Shown: positions 28,045 through 36,705 of the stretch, one piece after another
Layout: each line of letters begins with the position of its first letter
Position numbering within the stretch: the first letter of the stretch is position 1
Origin: Nitrosopumilaceae archaeon
GTDB taxonomy: Archaea; Thermoproteota; Nitrososphaeria; Nitrososphaerales; Nitrosopumilaceae
Assembly: GCA_965208905.1 (NCBI GenBank)
Contig: OZ242365.1
Span: 544,001-608,000, forward strand
DNA: 64,000 nucleotides
Direction of reading: 5' to 3'
Notes under the pieces: model-generated
The model's input: only the letters and a program-made list of their open reading frames with translations
What the model was told of the DNA's origin: nothing
The model's database searches: none
Position numbers and translations under genes: made by a program

Positions 28045-29725
28045 CCTATGTAAACCAAGCCTGGGAGAGTGTGTCGCCGCATACCTTGTTGAATGCCAAG
28101 TACGATAGCCAGTCGGTATTATGTAAACAATCGGTGGTTGGAACAACTTTTTCGACCTGACGGGAGGGGGAAGGAGGGAGTCGAAGCCGCCCCTCGCCTG
28201 AATGGGGGCGGCAAGATGCCACCCGCGCCGCCGGACAAAATGCAATGCGCAGAATCCCCCACGGGCGGCGGACCCCAAAAACAAATATCGTGTCCTTCCG
28301 AGTCTTCCGATGCGGCACAAAACAGCCGGGTTTTTTAGGGGCGTATGGCCCCGGAAAAGCAGCGCGTCTGATGTATTGTATCGACATATGCCGGAACCGT
28401 CCCATTGTAGTTTGAGGGCTCAGTTGCGGCATACGGCCTAGGGTTTCGGCTTTAGGCGCGCCAGCTTTTGCCTGTATTTTTTATCGTCGCGGTATCCGTA
28501 TAGTTCGCCCCTGGTCAGCATGTGCCAGATGTATTTGGCCATCTTGTTGCCCACAATGCTGCGTGCCACCTTTGGCGGGTGGCTCTTTTTGGCATCCTCG
28601 TAGATGCCCTTCAGATGCGGGTCGTGTTTCCCTGCTATCATGGCTGCCTGCATCATTGTCCATTTCAGGTTGGAGTCTACGTTCTGTATCGTGCGGCCGT
28701 ATTTGATGCTCTCGCCGGACTGGTACGCTCCAGGACACAATCCCGTGAACGATACCAGTTTTTTGGGGGTCGTCGAACCTCTTTATGCCGTCTATGGGCG
28801 CCGCCACCAACAGCGCCCCGAGCGGGCCGAATCCGGGAATACTCATTATGGTTCTGGCATCTTTGTTTTCGTATGCGGCCCCGCAGATGCTCTTCTCCAA
28901 TGTGTCTATCTCTCCGTTCAGATATCTGACGTGTTGTACATACTGCATCATTATTTTTGTGTCGTGCGAATTTAGCGCCAACTTTTCAAGTAACTGTTGG
29001 TGCTTCTCGTTGTGCGTGTTGCCGTGTCCCGTAACTAGTTCATAGTCGTACCTCTCGCACAGGCTGCTCTGTCGGTTCAGGACGCGGGTTCTGTCCCTGA
29101 CCAGTGTGATGCGATGGCGCATCAGATCCAAAAGTCGCCTGGACTCTTTTGGGTAGACGTAGCACTCTGGAACCGCGTTCATTCTGAGCCGGTCCGCCAG
29201 CTTCCTAGCGTTGAGCTTGTCCGTCTTGACGCCGGACTGGGCCATCTTCATTCGAATCGGATTTCCCAAAATGATGGGTATTCTGTGCTCTTCAAACGCT
29301 TCGTATGTCTTCATCCACATTTTTGATGTTGACTCGCACACGGCGCTGCATGTGCCGTACTTTGACAGTACAGTCTTGGCTAATTTGTCTGCATCCTCGC
29401 GCGTATTTTTGTATTTCATCTGCTCCAAAACGTTGCCGCCACTGTCCATGATACAAACGGCGCAGATTCGCTTTCCTATATCGATTCCAACGTATTTTAT
29501 CGTGTCTATTGTTACGCAATTCATTTTTTTCTCACCTCCTTTTTCTTTTGGTTGGCAAGCAGCAAGGCTACAATCACCTATCAGAGCTCGAAGCCCACTA
29601 AAGTCGTAGCTTGACTGTCCCCATTCACTCCGGAGAGCTCGAAGCCCATGGAAACAAAGGGGTCTGCTTACCGCTCTCCACACGGTGAACGCGAATTTAC
29701 TCGCTTTCACTCTTAGCCAAAGCAT
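28045..29725 (-). mobile_element. IS110-family element with long non-coding ends (boundaries approximate)
   Basis: About 200 bp upstream and 390 bp downstream of non-coding flank; 15-bp direct repeat AGAGCTCGAAGCCCA at 29583-29597 and 29634-29648. Confidence 0.65.
28438..29524 (-). pseudogene. IS110-family transposase with a frameshift
   Basis: YVGIDIG, VCESTS, KTDKLNA, SIPGFG, GLCPGAYQSG; frameshift in the C5A6 tract near 28759-28769; ribosome-binding site GGAGGTGA before the ATG at 29524. Confidence 0.88.
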
Positions 29726-29791
29726 CTGAGCATAGATTTAGCCAACTTTTTGTTCGACCCGGTTATATAGCACCGCGTAAACCCCACAACA

Positions 29792-30790
29792 GTGTCCCTA
29801 ACCTCGTTCTTGACCATAAAGGAAGTCAAAAGCCTCTTCAGGCAAACCTTCGAGTTTAAGCCGGTAAACATGGAGGCGCCGATGAAAGCCCCGCCGCTCA
29901 CGGCCAACCACTCGATCATAGGCAACGCCTTTGACTATCTGGTGAGATTCTGGCTGGAACGGCGCCACAAGGCAGTTAAATCCTACCAGTGGATAGCAGA
30001 GCGTGCTGTAGTTTACCTAAGCGTGGAGAGCGGCGATTACGTACTGGTAAGCGTTGATGGTACGCGGCGGTTGATGCCAACCAAAGAATGGGAAAGCGTG
30101 CAGTCTAAAGGCTGGCCAGCAGGCTACGGACCGACCCGCATCGCCTCCAAACCTGATCCGGCAATTTCAAGGGTTGCTGCCGCTGCGCGAGGCGTGCTAA
30201 AGGCCACAAAAGACGATGCCGCGGCGTATATAGAGTCCGGCGTGGTCACTGATGAACTGCTTCGTTCAGCCCTATTGCTGGGCGGATTGGATGTGGTGTT
30301 CAGGACCAAGCAGGCAAAATACTTCAGCACGTCAACCACCGACAAGGACGTTGAAGACTTGCGCAACCTTTGGAACGTTCTTGAAGAAGGTGATCTGCGC
30401 GATATGACTGAACCGGTGCAGCTCAACCCAACATTCGGTGAGGCATCAGTGATGGTTGGCGGAGCCGATGCCGATTTCATAGCCGGAGATACACTTGTCG
30501 ATGTAAAGACGACAAAAAACGGCCGGTTTACGCGTGACCGCTTTAACCAACTGGCTGGATACTGCGTTCTGGACTACTTGGAGCGGAAACACGGCATGCG
30601 GAACGACGCTAGCCTGAATCGGGCTGGTGTGTATTTTTCCAGGCATGGTACCCTCATGACGGTGGATACGGAACGGATTTACAACGCTCCCGGTTTTGCC
30701 GGTTTTGTCGATGAGTTTTCCAGGCTGGTCAAGGAGAGGCCCTCGTGCGTCATGTCGGTGTCAGTTCAACCCGTGAAAGGGCCACCATAA
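29792..30790 (+). CDS. Putative PD-(D/E)xK nuclease
   Basis: GGADADFIAGDTLVDVKTT followed by a RecB-like QLAGY motif. Confidence 0.65.
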   Translation: MSLTSFLTIKEVKSLFRQTFEFKPVNMEAPMKAPPLTANHSIIGNAFDYLVRFWLERRHKAVKSYQWIAERAVVYLSVESGDYVLVSVDGTRRLMPTKEWESVQSKGWPAGYGPTRIASKPDPAISRVAAAARGVLKATKDDAAAYIESGVVTDELLRSALLLGGLDVVFRTKQAKYFSTSTTDKDVEDLRNLWNVLEEGDLRDMTEPVQLNPTFGEASVMVGGADADFIAGDTLVDVKTTKNGRFTRDRFNQLAGYCVLDYLERKHGMRNDASLNRAGVYFSRHGTLMTVDTERIYNAPGFAGFVDEFSRLVKERPSCVMSVSVQPVKGPP

Positions 30791-31853
30791 CCGCATGCAG
30801 ATGTCGGAGAAATGATACGACAAGGTAATAAGCAATAGTGGGACCCTGTCACCAATGGGAAAATATTCTGGAAGCGGCGACAAGGCCGATTTGGACAACC
30901 ACAGTAACCATCTGAATCCCAACCATAAGGAGTACGCTGGTGACGACGAAGACGACGAGTAGAATCGTCCAACCTCTTTCTTTTTTGTTTATGACAGTGG
31001 TGGCGTCACCTGCAGGCCTGGCTCTTGCAACGTCAAACTTTTACAAGTAGCAGCGGTGTTGCCGCGAGTGATAGATGACTGATGTTGATAGTATGCGCGT
31101 TATAAAAAATCGCAAATTTTTAGCGCGCCAGCACCGTCAGACGTAAGTGATCGAATAACTTGCGATGGCGCCTGCCTAAAATTCAAAACCATGTAGCCGG
31201 ATTAGCATGCCAGATCATACAGCAAAAACAATGCAAACACATTCTAGAGTTGCTTGTAATCATAATGCAAACAATGTTTGATGTCCTCAATTACCGCTTC
31301 AAACTTGGCCAGCATGTTTTGAGCCACCTCCTGTGTGTAATGGGCATTGGTTACATACCGTTTACCCCCATAATCCACGCCTGATATGCCGAGTCCGGCG
31401 ATCTCATCTTTTGAGAATTTTACGGATTGGCCATCCACGATCATTGGATAGTGCGTGCACTGTTGGTGAATGTATGCAGGGCACATGATATTAACATGTT
31501 TTATCAGCGCAAGCAACGGAACCAATCTTTTGAATGCTTTATTGTCAACTCAGGCTTATTCTTATACGACATTAGCTTTTTACAAATAGGATCTTGGACT
31601 GCCAACCCGCACGTGGACCTGTTCACGCGCTACGGCACCGAGTTCTTTGCTTCCATGTCAGGCAAGAATCCTGATACTGGGGCGCCTTGCACCAAGGCTA
31701 TCTATGCTGGTGGCAGGCACGAGTACCGGCACATGACCGGGCCAGGCGTCAACGATGTTGGCGGATACGTGTGCCTGGAAGGCTCGCCTTGAAGTGACGA
31801 AACGCGCGAGAGTACGTGCGCCGAGTTTGGACCGCTGAGGTGCCGCAGATGCG

Positions 31854-32080
31854 TACTAGCGGACAATAGGATCCGATAGTCTATCCGGCGAAGGGTGATG
31901 CCCATGTGGTTTTTGTCAAAGTCCGATGACTTTAGTGCGGTCAGCTGTCCAGAGGCGGGAGAATATACCTGATGTATAGTGTTTTGATGGATCGTATCGT
32001 AGAACTACCCGGATGTGGGGCAAATTCATCGATTCAGGATATTGCGCCCAAAATCTATCGGATCCTATTGTCCGCCAGTA
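31854..32080. mobile_element. MITE-like element (227 bp) with 26-bp inverted repeats and terminal TA
   Basis: TACTAGCGGACAATAGGATCCGATAG at 31854-31879 versus CTATCGGATCCTATTGTCCGCCAGTA at 32055-32080 (one mismatch). Confidence 0.7.
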
Positions 32081-32225
32081 TCCATAATAACGGCAAAACC
32101 GCTATACATGTGGAAACTATTGCGCAGAAACTTATGCACGCCGCTATAGGTTCTAACCTTACGATTCAAGCTGCACTGCCGGACACAGGATGATCGCCCA
32201 TATCCAACCAGCACTGTATAATACG

Positions 32226-33122
32226 TCACGATGGCAACACTTTCTCAAACTTGGCCAGTATGCTCTTCCAGTTTAGTATATTACTGGGACGTCCCATCTC
32301 TTCCAATGCGGCTTCCACCACGGCTTCCCTTTCGGGTGATCCGAAGAACTGGTCGTCAAATAGTTGAATCGGGCCGTGGTTGACTTCGAACCAGTACACG
32401 ACACCGGCCAACACATCTGCTATGAGCGACTGTCTCTTCATAAATCCACTGATCAACTCCTCACGCGTATACTGTTTTGTTCCTAGTGGAGGCGATGTTG
32501 ATTTTGGGTTGTACTGCATCGATGATGGATTTTCCAGATTATCGGCAACCAGAACACTACCATCATCGATAATTCGGAACGACGAGTGTGCTATACCGTT
32601 GCGCAGGAAATAATCTGCCGCATCCCTCACGTCAAACCCCTGTTTTGCTAGATGCTCGGCGCGCTCTACTGTCTGCGTCCTTTTGTAACGTTTGTCGTCC
32701 GAACAGTCATAGACAAAGTCCACGACGACCTTGTAAGCAGATTCATGTAGTATGAGTGTGGTGAGTAGTAGTAGGTGACTATCTTGATGCATGTACAACA
32801 ACCGATGCATACCATACTTCTCGGGATCGTCGGGACACACCTTCAGGCCGCCATCCTGCCCAACACATATTTCCCTGATCGTGTCACACACTTCGTGCCA
32901 CTGCTTCATCTTGGGCACCGCCGCCATAAGGCCGGTCAATGGATCCATCACTCTGTATGACATCATATCCAGTTCAGACTTCGTAAAGTTACGGTTGTTC
33001 AGAACACTACCAGTCATGCAGTAAAAGCGGTTTATGCTATCCCACGATGTATTGTTGGCGGCGTGTACTTCCTTGAACTTTGCGTCAAACCACGGTCTCC
33101 ATTTCAGGTACGTCTTTGTCAT
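32226..33122 (-). CDS. Hypothetical protein with a HEPN-like RxxxxH motif
   Basis: 298-aa ORF containing FLRNGIAHSSF in a helical context. Confidence 0.55.
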   Translation of the reverse strand: MTKTYLKWRPWFDAKFKEVHAANNTSWDSINRFYCMTGSVLNNRNFTKSELDMMSYRVMDPLTGLMAAVPKMKQWHEVCDTIREICVGQDGGLKVCPDDPEKYGMHRLLYMHQDSHLLLLTTLILHESAYKVVVDFVYDCSDDKRYKRTQTVERAEHLAKQGFDVRDAADYFLRNGIAHSSFRIIDDGSVLVADNLENPSSMQYNPKSTSPPLGTKQYTREELISGFMKRQSLIADVLAGVVYWFEVNHGPIQLFDDQFFGSPEREAVVEAALEEMGRPSNILNWKSILAKFEKVLPS

Positions 33123-33393
33123 GTAGACACGAAGTTGCGGTCATGTTTATAGTGTTCGTAACAATGAGGTCGAGAGGACGTAATGTGGTGACACAGGGTG
33201 GCCGCCCGTAACCCGCACGACTAGCCATCGCGTGGTCAGGATCTAGCCATCCAGTAGCTCCTGCCGTTGTCTATGCACACCATCTATCATTCAATTCTGC
33301 TTTGGTATGGCATATGGGCCCGGTCCACCGCATCTCCAGTGGTGGATGCTACAGCCCAAAAACTAGACATATGCCGTCCTAGCCTCTCTAGAT

Positions 33394-34248
33394 GTGTCTG
33401 CGTCAAGGGGCTCAAACTGGAATTTACCATACGGGACTAGACGTCACATCTACGGAGTGGCGTTTTTGTGTATTATTGCCGTTAATGCCTGGTCATACAG
33501 CTCTACGCCGGAGGGGAGTGGCGCGTATTACGGGGATGGTCGGTTAATTTGGACATATGTCACTGCAGGCATACTGGCGTTTATGATTGTAGTTGGCGCT
33601 GTATTTGGCGCATATTACGGGATATGGATGGCTACGGAAAGAGGGCGGACCCGTATTAAGTTGATACTGATGTCCATCATAGCCACCAGCGCATTGGTGC
33701 ATGCCATTGTACAGGGGGTGGGTGGCTGGTGGCCGGAGGAATTTGAAGCCGCTTGGCAGCCCATTATAGCGGCTACGCTGACGTTTATGGTTGCAGCGGG
33801 GGCCGTGTTGGGAGCGCACTTTGAGGCGCCAAATATGTCCAAAAAAAGACGAGTTGGTACGGAGGTCGCGCTGATTGCGATTGTGATCGTCGGCGCCTGC
33901 GTCTTTGCCTCGGAGGCGAGTGGAGGGTTGTTTGATGTCGGTGATGCCCAACCTCTTATTTTTGTAGGTGCATCGTCGGCCATGTCTGCGGGTGGGGCCG
34001 GGTTGGGAGCGCACTATACAGCGCTAGTCAAAAAGATGTTCTGGATACCTGTAGTGCTGACGGCGCTCATATTTGTCGTTGTTTTGGTTCATATTTGGAC
34101 CAAAAGTTTGGATGTCACGGGATGGGATGAGTGTGGCAGATTCATCTGGATGGTGGCTACTGCAACCACACTGGCGATTCCGGTCGTAGCAGGAGCAATG
34201 CTAGCTGGACACTACAGTGTGCGCATGCAGGAGAGTCTCCAAGATTGA
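33394..34248 (+). CDS. Polytopic membrane protein with four internal repeats
   Basis: About eight TM segments; repeated helix endings VGAVFGAYY / AGAVLGAHF / GGAGLGAHY / AGAMLAGHY. Confidence 0.7.
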   Translation: MSASRGSNWNLPYGTRRHIYGVAFLCIIAVNAWSYSSTPEGSGAYYGDGRLIWTYVTAGILAFMIVVGAVFGAYYGIWMATERGRTRIKLILMSIIATSALVHAIVQGVGGWWPEEFEAAWQPIIAATLTFMVAAGAVLGAHFEAPNMSKKRRVGTEVALIAIVIVGACVFASEASGGLFDVGDAQPLIFVGASSAMSAGGAGLGAHYTALVKKMFWIPVVLTALIFVVVLVHIWTKSLDVTGWDECGRFIWMVATATTLAIPVVAGAMLAGHYSVRMQESLQD

Positions 34249-34327
34249 CACGTCGCCAACAGCCATGGTCCTAGCGGACGAGCTCATACACTAGGTTGCC
34301 AGGCAGGTCATTTGCACAACACACAAT

Positions 34328-34901
34328 GTGGCGGTATTCAGGAATAGTTATGACACAAAGTTCGTATTGGGTACCCCACCTCTTGTAGATACCACATCGG
34401 ACAGTTCAGATGATGGTTCAGAGATGCCCACTATTGTGTATGGAGATGCCGCATACGGCTCAAGGGCCAATATTGCTGCATGTGAGCGTGCAGGGGTAGT
34501 TCTAGGTATACTACACAAGATAAACGTGACGCCGCGGAGCAAGGGGTTTGGCGCTGCATGGTGTACATCTGTAAGGGATCAACTGGGAGGCAGTACCAAG
34601 GCTACACGGCTAGACCTGTTAAGCCGAGAAGAGAGAGAATCAGGTGTACTGGAAGGCCAAGATTGGATACCGCAGGAGATGGGTTGTGGAGGGCGTATTT
34701 TCTATATTTAAACGCGTGTTTGGTGAACATATTCTCGCCCTCAAATGGGAGAATATCGTACATGATGATTATAAAGTCACAAAGATACAGGACCCGTACC
34801 AGATGTTGCGCAGCATAATAAAAAAGGAGCCCATCATGACGGACACACTCACCTTTAGTTGGGCAGATTGGAAGGATGTTTCTGGTAATATGTCAGGATA
34901 A
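34328..34901 (+). pseudogene. IS5-family transposase fragment (frameshifted C-terminus)
   Basis: VYGDAAYGS and WKAKIGYRRRWVVEGVFSIFKRVFGE (YxxRxxxE motif) in two frames. Confidence 0.8.
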
Positions 34902-35168
34902 ACCGCGGTAAAGGGTTACATGATAGCGCGATGCAGTTAATGAGGGTTATCGTTAATTTTGGGCGCGCTGGACCTGTGACGCGCGGGGAGCACCACAGAG
35001 GCACACGTAACACATCCGTGGAACCATGCAACTGCGCATAATAGAATAGATGTCTATGCTACCCAAATAGCGCCTTTTAAGTGATGGATATGTGCTACTG
35101 TATTGAGACATAGCGGTACCGCAACTGACAGGAATCTGGCCCAGACAGGCTTAATCGACGAGGTCACC

Positions 35169-36530
35169 ATGACCAGACCGTACGAGGAATATATAGCGCG
35201 CGTCGTTGACAGAGAAAACCTCCTTGTAGTATGCCCAGATGGCACAACACAGAAAGTTGTTGAGCGAGAAGCTGCTGCGCGGAAAGTTGTTGCGCAGGTA
35301 GTGTCAAGTCATATGAAGTCGCATAATAATCGGGAATTAGTGATAGCATCGGAGAAGAAGCTAGTCGAATATTATAGAGACTGGATATCTAGTAAAATTA
35401 CCACAGTAGTCGAGATAGGGACAGTCACCGGCGACATCCCTGTGAAGACGCGCGAGAAGAGGTTGAGCGATATAGACATAGTCTGTACCACCCCGGAGAT
35501 GCTCCTTCACGGCATAGAAAAGGGTGTGGCGTGTCCAAAACAGTTCGGGCTGGTGGTGTTCGTTGATGGTAGCATGGCAAGGGGCAATCACAAGCTTGTA
35601 GAGGCGGCGCGCGTTCTGGCCGGCAGTGATAACTGCAACTGTAATGGCGACAAGTGTCATGGTGTAAAGGAGACACGCATTCTGGCAATAACCAACTCTC
35701 TTCCCTCAATAGACAACAAAGATATGCTAGAAGCGCTCAGGATTACCTGCATTCTCGAGCCTCCATGGTATAAACCAGATGAGACTCTCTACCCGAAAGG
35801 CCTGAAAGTCGAACATGTGTTGGTATACCCATCCCCGGCGATGATCCAGATAAGAGACTGTATGATGAAGGCATTGGGGCGCGCCAAAGCGAATGGGGAT
35901 GACTCGGATATATGGTCTGTACTGCTCGTCTTGCATGTGCTAGAGGCGCACGGGATAGAGTCGTTCCTGAATTCGTATAGGAGGATATATAGCAAGATTA
36001 CTGACTATTTCCTGCCAGACGAACACCCACTAGTCAAGGCAGTCGGCTTAGCACAGGAGGCGTTGAAGTATGAGCTATGCCACCCCAAGGTGGACAAGCT
36101 GGCCAACATAATAAAGTCTGCACAGGGCAGGGTATTGGTAATTGCAGGCCAGGATGATTCGGCGCGAGCCATCAAAACACAGCTAGAGAAGATGGATATC
36201 CCTGCTGCGCTACTACCCGAAAGAGAGGCCGGCCAGACGTGCGCGGAACTAAAGGATGTGGCAAGTAAGTTTCGGTCAGGCAGGTACAAGGCGCTAATAG
36301 TGGCAAAAGCGACAGATGCGTACGAGGGGCTTCTGGTACACGGTGACGCACACACTGTGGTATGTTATGTAAACGACTACAATACTGTGCAGTCCGCACT
36401 GGGTTGTGGTGCGGCCAGAGTGGTTGTCTTGGGTACCAAGGGAAGCGACGAGGACCCCAGCGCACAACCTCTTGTACAACAGGACCAGAAGACGCGGCTG
36501 CTGATAGAAGACCTAAGGATGAGGCTGTAA
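35169..36530 (+). CDS. Degenerate Hef/FANCM-like SF2 helicase lacking canonical ATPase motifs
   Basis: Motif order is preserved but eroded: NLLVVCPDGTTQK (Walker A position), IVCTTPE, LVVFVDGS (DExH position), ILAITNS, HPKVDKL, FRSGRYKALI. Confidence 0.65.
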   Translation: MTRPYEEYIARVVDRENLLVVCPDGTTQKVVEREAAARKVVAQVVSSHMKSHNNRELVIASEKKLVEYYRDWISSKITTVVEIGTVTGDIPVKTREKRLSDIDIVCTTPEMLLHGIEKGVACPKQFGLVVFVDGSMARGNHKLVEAARVLAGSDNCNCNGDKCHGVKETRILAITNSLPSIDNKDMLEALRITCILEPPWYKPDETLYPKGLKVEHVLVYPSPAMIQIRDCMMKALGRAKANGDDSDIWSVLLVLHVLEAHGIESFLNSYRRIYSKITDYFLPDEHPLVKAVGLAQEALKYELCHPKVDKLANIIKSAQGRVLVIAGQDDSARAIKTQLEKMDIPAALLPEREAGQTCAELKDVASKFRSGRYKALIVAKATDAYEGLLVHGDAHTVVCYVNDYNTVQSALGCGAARVVVLGTKGSDEDPSAQPLVQQDQKTRLLIEDLRMRL

Positions 36531-36705
36531 GATGGCGCTCTATTGTACACTGCAACAGGAACCCTTTGGGCGCACATACAGCCAAGATGCGCCTTTTACG
36601 TCACCGATATGTGACTTTAGCATGTTGACCATATACATATGTGGGACGATTGGCCGCGCGGTAACGGAGCGCGCAGGTCTTGTACCACACACATCCCACT
36701 ATACA

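Noticed and set aside
29525-29725. 67-residue N-terminal extension on the IS110 ORF
   Set aside because: A strong ribosome-binding site precedes the ATG at 29524 and family motifs begin there; the upstream part is better explained as non-coding end.
30800-31850. Several short ORFs between the nuclease and the MITE
   Set aside because: Short, overlapping on both strands and without motifs; probably gene debris that cannot be assigned.
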